Shown piece after piece: positions 33,349-43,296 of a stretch of DNA of 64,000 bases. This stretch comes from Candidatus Omnitrophota bacterium (GTDB lineage: Bacteria; Omnitrophota; Gorgyraeia; Pluralincolimonadales; Pluralincolimonadaceae). The notes beneath the pieces were generated by a model. That model did no database searches. It worked only from the letters and a program-made list of their open reading frames with translations, and was not told the origin of the DNA. Position 1 is the stretch's first letter; each line of letters begins with the position of its first letter. The position numbers and the translations under genes were made by a program. The stretch spans positions 126,289 to 190,288 of the forward strand of contig PLNR01000005.1 in assembly GCA_003141835.1 (NCBI GenBank), in the 5' to 3' direction.

Positions 33349-34300
33349 AGTCATCGGGCAGGAACTCGCCGCAGGTCTCTTGAAAAAAGCGATAGAGGAG
33401 AAACGCCTGGCGCACGCGTATCTCTTTATCGGCCCGGAAGGTGTGGGCAAGTCGCTGCTGGCGAAGGTCTTCGCCAAGGCGCTCAATTGCGAAAAAGGCG
33501 GCGCGGAACCCTGCGGGGAATGCGTATCCTGCAGGAAGATAGAGGCAAATATCCATCCCGACGCGGTCGTCCTCTCCCCGGAAGGGAAATCGTCGCAGAT
33601 AGGCATAGACGCGATCCGCAAGATAGAAGGGGCGATGTCGCTGAAGCCTTACGAGGGGCGGACCAAGGTCTTCACTATCGACGGCGCGGATAAGATGACA
33701 GAGGAAGCCGCGAACTCGCTGCTGAAGACCCTCGAGGAGCCGCCGAAAGACACGGTACTGGTGCTACTGGCCTCTAACATGTTCAAACTGCAGCCGACGA
33801 TAGTATCGCGGTGCCAGAAGATCCTCTTCCATCCGCTGGGCGAGCGCGCGATAATGAAAGAGCTCATCGAAAGATTCGGGCTCGACGAGAAGAAGGCCGC
33901 CTGTATATCGAGATTTTCCGAAGGCCGTCTCGGCAGGGCGATAGAGGTCCTCGAAGGCGAGGCGCTTGCTAAGAGGAATAAAATAGTTGACGAATTTTTG
34001 ACGCCGAAGCAGTTCGGCTATGAGGATACGTGGTTATACGGCGAGCCGCGCGATAAGATAAACGAGACGCTCAACGCCTTGGCCGTCTATTTCAGGGACC
34101 TTTTGGTCTTCAGCCTCTCAAAGGACCAGGGCCTGCTCGTAAACCTCGACAGGGCTGCCGATATTGCCCGTGATGCGGCAAAATACCCGGCCGAAAGGCT
34201 CGAGAGGATAATCGAGATAATTGCCGACACGCAGGAGCAGATAAAGAGGAACGCCAACATAAAGATCGCGCTCTCCTGCATGCGGCTTAACATAACTTAG
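33335..34300 (+). CDS. holB: DNA polymerase III delta-prime subunit
   Basis: AAA+-like P-loop GPEGVGKS and zinc-module cysteines (CEKGGAEPCGECVSC). Confidence 0.8.
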   Translation: MSFNKVIGQELAAGLLKKAIEEKRLAHAYLFIGPEGVGKSLLAKVFAKALNCEKGGAEPCGECVSCRKIEANIHPDAVVLSPEGKSSQIGIDAIRKIEGAMSLKPYEGRTKVFTIDGADKMTEEAANSLLKTLEEPPKDTVLVLLASNMFKLQPTIVSRCQKILFHPLGERAIMKELIERFGLDEKKAACISRFSEGRLGRAIEVLEGEALAKRNKIVDEFLTPKQFGYEDTWLYGEPRDKINETLNALAVYFRDLLVFSLSKDQGLLVNLDRAADIARDAAKYPAERLERIIEIIADTQEQIKRNANIKIALSCMRLNIT

Positions 34301-34311
34301 GGGAAATAAAA

Positions 34312-35133
34312 ATGTTCGAAGTTGTGCAGATAAGGTTAAGGGAAGGCGGCAAGACGTCGTTTTTTGAGCCCGGCAACACGAAACCGAAGACGGGCGAAAC
34401 GGTCATAGTCGAGGCGGACAGGGGCGTCGACTACGGCGATGTCATATCCGATATAGAATCCGTTTCCGAGATAGCGGGCGACGAGCCGATCCGCAAGGTC
34501 TTAAGGATAGCCACTGCCGGCGACCTCGACCAGATAAAGAAGAACCGCGAGAAGACGAAAGAGGCTTTCACCGCCTGCCAGAAGAAGATAATCGAGCACG
34601 GGCTGAAGATGAAACTCATCGACGCCGAATACACCTTCGACAGGTCGAAGCTTTTGTTTTATTTCACGGCAGAAGGGCGCGTCGATTTCAGGGAACTCGT
34701 AAAAGACCTCGCGCGGATATTCAAGGCGCGCATAGAGCTCAAGCAAATAGGCGTCCGAGACGAAGCGCGGCTGTTGGGCGGGTTCGGCCCGTGCGGCAAG
34801 TGCCTCTGCTGCGCGACCTTCCTCAAGGATTTCGAGCCGGTCACGATAAAGATGGCCAAGGAGCAGAACCTCCCGCTCAACCCGGCGAAGATCTCAGGCG
34901 TATGCGGCAGGCTGATGTGCTGCCTAGGCTACGAGCATAAATTATACGTCGAACTGTTGAAGGGCCTGCCGAAGGAAGGCGAAAAGGTCAACCTTGAAGG
35001 ATGCGCCGGCAAGGTCGTCTCGGTGAACGCGCTCAAGCGCTCGATAACCGTCGATTGCGGCGAGGGAAAGTTCGTCGAGCTCGGCTGCAAATGCCCCAAG
35101 GGCTGCCAAATGCACCTCAACCAGAGAAAATGA
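34312..35133 (+). CDS. ricT: PSP1 C-terminal domain protein (RicT/YaaT-like)
   Basis: N-terminal PSP1-like region and C-terminal cysteine clusters; position after holB as in Bacillus. Confidence 0.7.
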   Translation: MFEVVQIRLREGGKTSFFEPGNTKPKTGETVIVEADRGVDYGDVISDIESVSEIAGDEPIRKVLRIATAGDLDQIKKNREKTKEAFTACQKKIIEHGLKMKLIDAEYTFDRSKLLFYFTAEGRVDFRELVKDLARIFKARIELKQIGVRDEARLLGGFGPCGKCLCCATFLKDFEPVTIKMAKEQNLPLNPAKISGVCGRLMCCLGYEHKLYVELLKGLPKEGEKVNLEGCAGKVVSVNALKRSITVDCGEGKFVELGCKCPKGCQMHLNQRK

Positions 35134-36692
35134 AAAAGTTTTACGTCACCACAGCCATATATTACGTAAACGCGAAACCGCATATCGGCCACTGTTCTGA
35201 AAGCGCCTCCGCAGACGCGTTGGCGCGCTACCACCGGCTCAAAGGAGAAGACGTATTTTTCCTGACCGGCACGGATGAGCACGGGCAGAAAGTCGCCAAG
35301 GCCGCGCTTGAGGCTGGCAAGACTCCGAAGGAGTTCGTCGATTCGGTCGTGAAGCCTTCCCTCGAATTGTGGAAACTCCTCTCCATATCCTATGATGATT
35401 TCATAAGGACTACCGACGAGCGCCACGCCGAGGTCGTCAAATTCCTCCTCGATGACCTGCATAAAAAAGGCGAACTTTACGAATCGGAATACAAGGGATG
35501 GTATTGCAGCTCATGCGAGGCGTTCTACCCGAAGAACCAGCTTGAGGGCAGCACCTGCCCGGAATGCAAGCGCCAGCTCGAGGAGATCTCGGAGACGAAC
35601 TGGTTCTTCAAACTGTCGAAATACCAGGATTGGCTTGTAAAATATATAAATGACCATCCCGATTTCATAAAACCCGCCTCGAGGAGGAACGAGATATTGA
35701 GCTTCCTCTCCCAGCCGCTCCAGGACCTCTGCATCTCGCGCCCGAGATCGCGGCTCGAATGGGGCATCCCCATGCCTTTTTCGAAGGACCATGTCACCTA
35801 CGTCTGGTTCGACGCCCTCGTTAATTACATATCCGGCATAGGCTACCTTAATGATAAGGAAAAATTCAACAAGTTCTGGCCCGCGGACGTCCATATAGTC
35901 GGCAAGGACATAATAAGGTTCCACACGGTCTACTGGCCGATAATGCTGCATGCGGCAGGCATCGAGCTGCCGAAGACGGTCTTCGCCCACGGTTTCTGGC
36001 TTATCGGCAAGGACGCCGAGAAGATGTCCAAATCGAAGGGAAACGTGGTCGACCCGTTCGAGCTCATAAACAAATACGGCCCTGACCCGCTAAGATATTT
36101 CCTTTTGAGGGAAGTGACGTACGGCCTCGACGGGGTATATTCCGAGGCCGCGCTCGTAAGCAGGCTCAATACCGACCTTGCCAATGACATCGGCAACCTC
36201 CTTAACAGGACGCTGACGATGATAGAGAAATATTATGGAGGCAGGGTCCCTGCTCCGGCAGGGACGTCGCTGCGCTCCGAAGATCCCGGCGATGATGAAT
36301 TGAAGGCGCTCGCGAAGGGCCTTCCGGGCAGGATAGACGCGGCCATGGCAGAGCTGGATTTCTCCGGTGCTTTGGCTTCGATATGGGAGCTGATCAACAA
36401 GGCGAATAAATATATAGAGGTGCAGGCGCCGTGGACGCTCGACAAGCAGGGCAAGAAAGACCGTCTCAGCGACGTGATATATAATCTGGCCGAGATACTG
36501 AGGATAGTCACTATAGCGGTCTCGCCGTTCATCCCCGCTTCAGCGGAGAAGATGTGGGAGCAAGCCGGCATTACAGAACCGCTTTCCAAAATGCGTTTTT
36601 CCGATATAGAAAAGTGGGGCCTCGTCAAGCCGGGGACGCAGATAAAGAAAGGCGCCCCGCTCTTCCCACGCATCGACACAAAGGCGAAATGA
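35130..36692 (+). CDS. metG: methionyl-tRNA synthetase
   Basis: HIGH (HIGHC), KMSKS, and zinc knuckles CSSCEAF/CPECK. The ATG at 35130 overlaps the ricT stop. Confidence 0.9.
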   Translation: MKKFYVTTAIYYVNAKPHIGHCSESASADALARYHRLKGEDVFFLTGTDEHGQKVAKAALEAGKTPKEFVDSVVKPSLELWKLLSISYDDFIRTTDERHAEVVKFLLDDLHKKGELYESEYKGWYCSSCEAFYPKNQLEGSTCPECKRQLEEISETNWFFKLSKYQDWLVKYINDHPDFIKPASRRNEILSFLSQPLQDLCISRPRSRLEWGIPMPFSKDHVTYVWFDALVNYISGIGYLNDKEKFNKFWPADVHIVGKDIIRFHTVYWPIMLHAAGIELPKTVFAHGFWLIGKDAEKMSKSKGNVVDPFELINKYGPDPLRYFLLREVTYGLDGVYSEAALVSRLNTDLANDIGNLLNRTLTMIEKYYGGRVPAPAGTSLRSEDPGDDELKALAKGLPGRIDAAMAELDFSGALASIWELINKANKYIEVQAPWTLDKQGKKDRLSDVIYNLAEILRIVTIAVSPFIPASAEKMWEQAGITEPLSKMRFSDIEKWGLVKPGTQIKKGAPLFPRIDTKAK

Positions 36693-38068
36693 TGAGGCTC
36701 GTCGATACCCATTGCCACCTCGATTTCCCTGAGTTCGATCCCGACAGGGAAGAAGTAATAAGCAGGGCAAAGGCAGTCGGCATAGAATACATCATAAACG
36801 TCGCGAGCAGCCTCGAGGGCTCAAAAAAGTCGGTCGCGCTCGCGAATAAATATGACTGCGTATACGCCTCTGTCGGCATCCACCCTCACGACGCGAAAGA
36901 ACTCAACGAATCCTCGTTTTCCGGGATAAGGGCCCTCGCGAAAGATAAAAAGGTGGTAGCCATAGGCGAAGTCGGCCTCGATTATTACAGGAACCTCTCG
37001 CCGGCCGGCCTGCAGCAGGCCGCATTCAAGAAATTCCTCCACCTCGCCCAAGATACGGGCCTTCCGCTCATAATCCACTGCCGAGAGGCGCGCGAAGACC
37101 TCCTGAAGATAATAAAAAAAGAGATCTCCGCCCCGGTAAAGGGTGTCATCCACTGTTTTCCCGCCGATGAGGAACTCCTCAATAACGTCCTCGACCTCGG
37201 GATGTACGTCTCGTTCACCTGCAACCTCACTTTCAAGAATGCCGCCAAAGCGCGCGAAATGGTAAAAGCCCTTGTCCCGATGGACAGGATACTGGTCGAG
37301 ACCGACGCGCCGTACCTGGCGCCGGAAGGGATGCGCGGCAAGAGGAACGAGCCGTCCTATATGGTAAAAGTTGTAGAACAGATAGCGGAACTGAAAGGGA
37401 TCACCCCGGAAGACGTGGCCAGGGCGACGACAGCCAACTGCGCGCGGCTCTTCGGAGTCGGCGGCGCCCCGGAATCGGCGATAACGTATAAAATAAGGGA
37501 CTCGCTGTACATAAACCTCACCAACAGGTGCACCAGCGACTGCGAATTCTGCGTCACCAAGACGACTGATTTCGTGATGGGGCATAACCTGCGCCTTAAA
37601 GGCGAACCGTCGGCAAAAGAGATAATAGAGGAGGTCGGCGACCCGAAGAGATACGATGAGATAGTGTTCTGCGGATACGGCGAACCCACTTTACGGCTCG
37701 ATTGCTTGGTCGAGGTCGCGAAGGCCCTGAAAAAGAAGGGCGCCAAGGTCCGACTTACGACGAACGGCCACGGCAACCTAATAAATAAAAGGCGCATTGT
37801 CGACGACCTCGCCGGGCTCATTGACCGGGTAAGCGTGAGCCTTAACGCCCCGGATAAAGAGGCCTATAATAAGGTCTGCAGGCCGGCGTTCGGCCCTGAG
37901 ACTTTCAGCGAAGTGAAGAAGTTCATCTCCGAGTGCAGGGAGAGACTGCCTGAGGTCGAAGTCACCTGCGTCGATTACGAAGGCGTGGACATGAAAGAAT
38001 GCGAGAGGGTCGCGACGGAAGAGTTAAAGGTCAAATTCAGGCCGAGGAGGCTCAACGTTGTTGGATAA
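36689..38068 (+). CDS. TatD-family metal-dependent hydrolase fused to a C-terminal radical SAM domain
   Basis: TatD N-terminus (MMRLVDTHCHLDFPEF, later HCF) continues without a stop into a CTSDCEFC (Cx3Cx2C) radical SAM domain. Confidence 0.75.
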   Translation: MMRLVDTHCHLDFPEFDPDREEVISRAKAVGIEYIINVASSLEGSKKSVALANKYDCVYASVGIHPHDAKELNESSFSGIRALAKDKKVVAIGEVGLDYYRNLSPAGLQQAAFKKFLHLAQDTGLPLIIHCREAREDLLKIIKKEISAPVKGVIHCFPADEELLNNVLDLGMYVSFTCNLTFKNAAKAREMVKALVPMDRILVETDAPYLAPEGMRGKRNEPSYMVKVVEQIAELKGITPEDVARATTANCARLFGVGGAPESAITYKIRDSLYINLTNRCTSDCEFCVTKTTDFVMGHNLRLKGEPSAKEIIEEVGDPKRYDEIVFCGYGEPTLRLDCLVEVAKALKKKGAKVRLTTNGHGNLINKRRIVDDLAGLIDRVSVSLNAPDKEAYNKVCRPAFGPETFSEVKKFISECRERLPEVEVTCVDYEGVDMKECERVATEELKVKFRPRRLNVVG

Positions 38069-39119
38069 GATCAGGAAATTTGCATTCGAGAACAGGGTCT
38101 ATCTCTTCTTGCTCTCCTTCATTATAGCGACCGAGATATTCCTGGTCTTGTCGCCCTCGCCGGAGAGGAAGGAGAAGCTCGCCGAGAAAAAATCGCACAA
38201 GATATTGACGGCCCAGGAGGTCCTCGCGCAGGAGGAGAGTATAAAAGAGCTGCTCGCGCGCGACAGCATGCTGGGTTTTGCGGTCACGGCCAGCACATTC
38301 TTAAGCGCCGTTGCGCTTTTGGCCGGCCTTATCATCGGGATAAGATGCATCGCCCGCAAACTTAACGGACGCGACATCATGGCCGCTTACGGCTCCCCGC
38401 CGGAAGTGCGATGGCAATTCATAGATATCTTAAGGGTGATAGTCACGTTCTATTTCTTCGCCTACCTGCTCCAGTGGATAGAGGCCGATATACTCGGCCT
38501 GATGAATATAAAGAACCCCAACGAGGTGCTCTTTGACGTGCTCAACGCGACGCTGATGGATGTCATCGGCCTCGTAATAGTCCTGTTTTTCGCGGTAAAT
38601 AAATTCAAGAGCGGCCTGGCCGGGCTGGGGCTTATCTTTAAGAACACGGCAAGGAACATGAGGCTCGCCATCGGCGGCTACTTTACGTTAATCCCCGTCC
38701 TGGCTATCATAATGATCCTGGTCTTCATCGGCATCAGGGTGTTCAGCTATGAACCTCCGGAGACGAAGGCGCTTGAGATGCTCTACGAGGCGAAGGGGAC
38801 GAAGCTCCTCTTTATCCTTACGGCGCTCGTCACGATCATCGGGCCGATAGCAGAGGAATTATTCTTCAGGGGTTTTGCGTACCCGGTATTCAGGAAGAAG
38901 ATAGGGGTGAGGAATGCGATACTGGTCGTCTCATTCATCTTCGCGATGCTGCATATGAATATCGTCTCGTTCTTCCCGATACTCGCGCTCGGCATCCTGC
39001 TGGCGTATCTTTACGAGAAGACCGGATCTATCATACCGTCGATAGCGGTGCATATAATCCATAATTCGGCCGTGATATTCTTTGTGTTCCTTTATAAACT
39101 GATCGCGATCCCCAAATAA
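38058..39119 (+). CDS. CPBP family intramembrane glutamic endopeptidase (CAAX protease/Abi)
   Basis: Polytopic protein with EELFFRGF, FAMLHMN and HIIHNS motifs. Confidence 0.7.
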   Translation: MLDKIRKFAFENRVYLFLLSFIIATEIFLVLSPSPERKEKLAEKKSHKILTAQEVLAQEESIKELLARDSMLGFAVTASTFLSAVALLAGLIIGIRCIARKLNGRDIMAAYGSPPEVRWQFIDILRVIVTFYFFAYLLQWIEADILGLMNIKNPNEVLFDVLNATLMDVIGLVIVLFFAVNKFKSGLAGLGLIFKNTARNMRLAIGGYFTLIPVLAIIMILVFIGIRVFSYEPPETKALEMLYEAKGTKLLFILTALVTIIGPIAEELFFRGFAYPVFRKKIGVRNAILVVSFIFAMLHMNIVSFFPILALGILLAYLYEKTGSIIPSIAVHIIHNSAVIFFVFLYKLIAIPK

Positions 39120-39122
39120 ACG

Positions 39123-40229
39123 ATGGGCCCAAAAGTCTCGATAGTAAAAGCGGATTCGTACGATCCCGGCAAGGTCTATGCCGCCGTCAAGAAAGCGGTG
39201 GACCTGCTCGGCGGCATCTCTTTGTTCGCCGGGCACGGCGAGACAATACTCCTGAAGCCCAACGTCCTTTCCGCGAAGCCGCCGGAATCCGGCGTCGACA
39301 CTCACCCTGAGATGATACGCGCGGTCGCGAGGCTCGTAAGGGAAGCCGGCGCAAAAGTGATCGTCGGGGATTCGCCGGGAGGGGTATACTTCAAGGACTC
39401 GGGCTCGACATATGAAACAGCAGGGATAAAGAAGGTCTGCGACGAGGAGAAGATAGAGCTCGTCGATTTCGACAGGGCAAGGAATGTCCGCGGGATGCCG
39501 ATAACCGAATGGGCTTTCGCCGCCGACGGGATAATATCCCTGCCTAAGATGAAGACGCACGGCCTGACGACGATAACCGGGGCGGTAAAGAATTCTTACG
39601 GGCTGGCGATCGGCCTTTACAAGGCGCAGTGCCATTTTAAGGCGCCGCGGCCTGAAGCGTTCAGTAAATACGTGGTCGATGTTTTTGAGGCGGCCAAACC
39701 GCGGCTCGCGATAATGGACGGCATAACGGCTATGGAAGGCGACGGGCCAGCCGCCGGAGACCTAAGGAATACGGGGCTTGTGATCGCAGGAAGCGACTGC
39801 GTGGCGATCGATTCGGTGTTTGCGAAACTTATAGGCATCGAGCCGCTTAAAGTCGGGATAACGGCCGAGGCATACAGGAGGGGGCTCGGAGAGGCGGATA
39901 TCTCGAAAATTGAGGTCGTCGGCGAAACCATCGATGCCGTAAAATTGAAGGATTTCAAGCTCCCCAAGACGTCTGTCGTAATGAAGTTGCCCGAACCGCT
40001 CCTAAAGCTTATAATAGGGGGGATAAAGTTCCTGCCGCGGATAGACGATAATCTGTGTAAGGGCTGCCTCATCTGCGAGAAGAGCTGCCCGGCCGCGGCG
40101 ATAGAGATAGGCAAAGGGCATTCGCGCATCGATTATTCGAAGTGCGTAAGGTGTTTTTGCTGCATGGAGCTTTGCCCGCACAAGGCGATACATATCAAAC
40201 GCAGCCTGCTTGCCAGGCTTATGGGATAA
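39123..40229 (+). CDS. DUF362 domain protein with C-terminal 2x[4Fe-4S] ferredoxin domain
   Basis: DUF362-like N-terminus (KPNVLSAKPPESGVDTHPE) and CKGCLICEKSCP / CVRCFCCMELCP cluster motifs. Confidence 0.65.
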   Translation: MGPKVSIVKADSYDPGKVYAAVKKAVDLLGGISLFAGHGETILLKPNVLSAKPPESGVDTHPEMIRAVARLVREAGAKVIVGDSPGGVYFKDSGSTYETAGIKKVCDEEKIELVDFDRARNVRGMPITEWAFAADGIISLPKMKTHGLTTITGAVKNSYGLAIGLYKAQCHFKAPRPEAFSKYVVDVFEAAKPRLAIMDGITAMEGDGPAAGDLRNTGLVIAGSDCVAIDSVFAKLIGIEPLKVGITAEAYRRGLGEADISKIEVVGETIDAVKLKDFKLPKTSVVMKLPEPLLKLIIGGIKFLPRIDDNLCKGCLICEKSCPAAAIEIGKGHSRIDYSKCVRCFCCMELCPHKAIHIKRSLLARLMG

Positions 40230-40233
40230 AACA

Positions 40234-41271
40234 ATGGCTATCCAGACGATAAGATGGGACGCCCAAAAGTCGGGCGGGGCAATAAAGATAATAGACCAGA
40301 CCCTGCTCCCGAACAAGCTTGTCTACTTGAAGTTCCGCGACGTGAAGGATTTCTGGCATGCGATAAAGAAACTGCAGGTGCGCGGGGCGCCGGCATTGGG
40401 CGTGGCCGCCGCATACGGGGCTTATTTGGGGGTACAAAAATCGCACGCCAAAAACTACAATGAATTTATCCGGGAACTGGACCGCGTCATAAAATTCATC
40501 GGCTCGGCCAGGCCGACCGCGGTGAATCTTTTTTGGGGCCTCGACAGGATCCGCGCCGCCGCCGTAAAAAATAAGAGAAAAACTATTCCGGAGATAAAAA
40601 AGGCCCTGCTCGCCGAGGCGCATAAAGTATACGAGGAGGACAGGGCGATATGCAGGAAGATGGCCGGATACGGAGCGCGGCTGATCAAAAACGGCGATGT
40701 CATATTGACGCACTGCAACGCCGGCGCGCTGGCGACTGCCGATTACGGCACCGCGCTTGGCGTAATTTATATGGCGAAGGAACAGGGCAAGCGCGTAAAG
40801 GTATATGCCGATGAGACGCGGCCGCTTTTGCAGGGCGCGCGCCTTACGGCGTGGGAACTGATGCGGGAAGGGATAGATGTGACGCTCATCTGCGATAACA
40901 TGGCCGCCCATGTCATGAGCCAGGGCAAGGTGACGAAGGTCATTGTCGGCGCCGACAGGATCACCAAAAACGGCGACGCGGCGAACAAGATCGGCACTTA
41001 CGGCGTGGCGGTCCTCGCGAAATACCACAAGATACCTTTTTATGTAGTCGCGCCGGTCTCGACGATAGATTTCAACCTTACATACGGAAAGGACATCCCG
41101 ATCGAAGAGAGGCACGGGGATGAGATCACGACTATCCGCGGGAATCTTCTCGCGCCGAAAGGGGTAAAGACATATTGTCCGGCATTCGACGTCACGCCGG
41201 CAGCGCTCATTACCGCGATTGTAACGGAAAAAGGGGTTTTTAAGCCGGATGAAATTAAAAAGATTAGGTGA
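40234..41271 (+). CDS. mtnA: S-methyl-5-thioribose-1-phosphate isomerase (eIF-2B alpha/beta/delta family)
   Basis: GAPALGVAAAYG and GADRITKNGDAANKIGTY motifs. Confidence 0.8.
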   Translation: MAIQTIRWDAQKSGGAIKIIDQTLLPNKLVYLKFRDVKDFWHAIKKLQVRGAPALGVAAAYGAYLGVQKSHAKNYNEFIRELDRVIKFIGSARPTAVNLFWGLDRIRAAAVKNKRKTIPEIKKALLAEAHKVYEEDRAICRKMAGYGARLIKNGDVILTHCNAGALATADYGTALGVIYMAKEQGKRVKVYADETRPLLQGARLTAWELMREGIDVTLICDNMAAHVMSQGKVTKVIVGADRITKNGDAANKIGTYGVAVLAKYHKIPFYVVAPVSTIDFNLTYGKDIPIEERHGDEITTIRGNLLAPKGVKTYCPAFDVTPAALITAIVTEKGVFKPDEIKKIR

Positions 41272-42163
41272 GACAGGGCTTATAGAGCGGCTCGCGAAGA
41301 ATTTTAAGGCGGGCAAGGATATCATCCGCGGCATCGGCGACGATTGCGCCGTGATACGCATATCAAATAAAAAATACCTGCTCATTACTATCGACATGCT
41401 CCTTGAGGACGTGGATTTTAAATTAAAGGACGCGGCGGCTTTCCAGATAGGATGGAAGTCGCTCGCTTGCGGCTTAAGCGATATCGCCTCGATGGGCGGT
41501 ACGGCGAAATACGCGGTCGTCTCTTTAGGCCTTCCGAAGAAGCTTAGCGTCGAATTCATAGACGAGATCTACCGAGGGATAAAAGCGCTTGCCAAAAGGT
41601 TCGATGTCGAGATAGTCGGCGGCGACACAAACTCTTCGCGCAAGTTGGTAATAGACGTCGCAGTCCTCGGGTTCACGGAACCGGATAAGATAGCGTTCAG
41701 GAGCGGCGCGAGGCCCGGCGATATAATATGCGTGACAGGCGCGCTCGGCGGCTCATATAAGAGCAAGAGGCACCTTGTTTTTACGCCGCGGCTTAAAGAA
41801 GCGCAGTACCTGGTAAATAATTTCAAAATAACATCGATGATAGATATCTCGGACGGGCTTTCGACCGACTTAAGCCATATCGCGAAGGCGAGCGGGGTAG
41901 GCGCCTGCATATATGAGGAACTGGTACCGGTCTCAAAGGGCGCCAGGGGCGTAAAAGCGGCCTTGAACGAAGGCGAGGATTTCGAGTTGTTGTTTACGAT
42001 GCCGCTGGCCGAGGCGCGCAGGCTTGCCCGGAAGAACATGGAATTGAACGGCGTGAGGATATCGCAGATCGGCGAGATACTCGATAAAAAGATCGGCGTG
42101 AAGATAATAGCCCCGGACGGGACGACGAAAGAACTCAAGCCAAAAGGATTTTCCCATTTTTAG
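41249..42163 (+). CDS. thiL: thiamine-monophosphate kinase
   Basis: AIR-synthase-related fold, GDDCAVI motif. Confidence 0.8.
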   Translation: MKLKRLGETGLIERLAKNFKAGKDIIRGIGDDCAVIRISNKKYLLITIDMLLEDVDFKLKDAAAFQIGWKSLACGLSDIASMGGTAKYAVVSLGLPKKLSVEFIDEIYRGIKALAKRFDVEIVGGDTNSSRKLVIDVAVLGFTEPDKIAFRSGARPGDIICVTGALGGSYKSKRHLVFTPRLKEAQYLVNNFKITSMIDISDGLSTDLSHIAKASGVGACIYEELVPVSKGARGVKAALNEGEDFELLFTMPLAEARRLARKNMELNGVRISQIGEILDKKIGVKIIAPDGTTKELKPKGFSHF

Positions 42164-42583
42164 ATGAATTTCACGACAGCGAACGCTGAAGAGACGATAA
42201 AATTAGGGGAGAAGATAGCCAAGCGGCTCAAGCCCGGAGACCTGGTCGCGCTCTCAGGCGAGCTGGGCGCGGGCAAGACGACCCTGGTCAAGGGGATAGC
42301 CAAGGGCCTCGGCGTAAAGAATTACAGGTACGTCAACAGCCCGTCGTTCGTCCTCGTCAAGGAATATAAAGGAAAGATCCCGCTTTTTCATTTCGATATC
42401 TACCGCCTGAATAATTTAAAGGATATCGAGGATATCGGTTACGAGGATTACCTCGCCCGCGACGGCGTCATCGTCATCGAATGGTCCTCCAAAATGGCCC
42501 GCATATTGCCAAAAAGGCATTTAGATGTCGCGTTGAAGATAAAAAGTCCCGGCAAACGGACGATCATCATAAAGGAAGCATGA
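42164..42583 (+). CDS. tsaE: tRNA threonylcarbamoyladenosine biosynthesis protein TsaE
   Basis: P-loop LSGELGAGKTT. Confidence 0.8.
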   Translation: MNFTTANAEETIKLGEKIAKRLKPGDLVALSGELGAGKTTLVKGIAKGLGVKNYRYVNSPSFVLVKEYKGKIPLFHFDIYRLNNLKDIEDIGYEDYLARDGVIVIEWSSKMARILPKRHLDVALKIKSPGKRTIIIKEA

Positions 42584-43296
42584 ATATCCTTGCGTTAGAC
42601 ACCACATCAAAATATTTATCCCTCGCGATCGCGAAAAATGATAATATCATCGCGGCTTTCCACCGGGTGATGGACCAGAGGCAGTGCGAACAGCTTTTGC
42701 CGCAGATAGACAAGCTTCTTAAAAAGGCGAAAGTGAAACTGAAGGATATCGACTGCATAGCGTTCTCGAAGGGGCCGGGTTCGCTGACCGCCCTGCGCAT
42801 CGGCGCGGCGACGGTGAAAGGGTTTGCGCTCGGCGCAAACCCCATCTTTTCGCGAAAAGATGGGGCAGGTATAAAGATCGCAGGGGTCCCGACTCTCGAC
42901 GCGCTAGCGCATAATATAAAAGAGGGAGGTAAGCTGATAGTCCCGATTATCGACGCGCGCCGCGGCAACGTTTACGCGTCGGCATATTCCTTCAAAAAAG
43001 GTAAACTGCGCCGGATCTTAAAATATTCGGTTGCCCCTGTCGCCGATCTGCTTAAGTCGATAAAGGGCGACGCGGTCTTTTTGGGCGACGGGCTGGCCGC
43101 TTACAGGAAAACGATAGAAGATAATTTTAAATATAACGCCGGATTCGCCCCGGAGAAACAGTGGTATCCCAGCGCGGTGACGATCGCACATCTCGGTTAT
43201 GAACTGGCAAAAAATAAAAAATTCGAAGAGACGGATAAATTCGTGCCGATGTATTTATATCCAAAGGACGTCCAGGTGAGGGACCTTAAAAAATGA
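42580..43296 (+). CDS. tsaB: tRNA threonylcarbamoyladenosine biosynthesis protein TsaB
   Basis: MNILALDTTS N-terminus of an inactive Kae1/YeaZ-like fold. The ATG overlaps the tsaE stop. Confidence 0.75.
   Translation: MNILALDTTSKYLSLAIAKNDNIIAAFHRVMDQRQCEQLLPQIDKLLKKAKVKLKDIDCIAFSKGPGSLTALRIGAATVKGFALGANPIFSRKDGAGIKIAGVPTLDALAHNIKEGGKLIVPIIDARRGNVYASAYSFKKGKLRRILKYSVAPVADLLKSIKGDAVFLGDGLAAYRKTIEDNFKYNAGFAPEKQWYPSAVTIAHLGYELAKNKKFEETDKFVPMYLYPKDVQVRDLKK

Noticed and set aside
35001-35129. Upstream extensions of metG (from 35001), of the tatD fusion (from 36554) and of tsaB (from 42481)
   Set aside because: Each extension overlaps the preceding gene in another frame. A conserved N-terminus begins at an internal ATG (35130, 36689, 42580) that overlaps the upstream stop codon in the usual ATGA/TGATG coupling arrangement.
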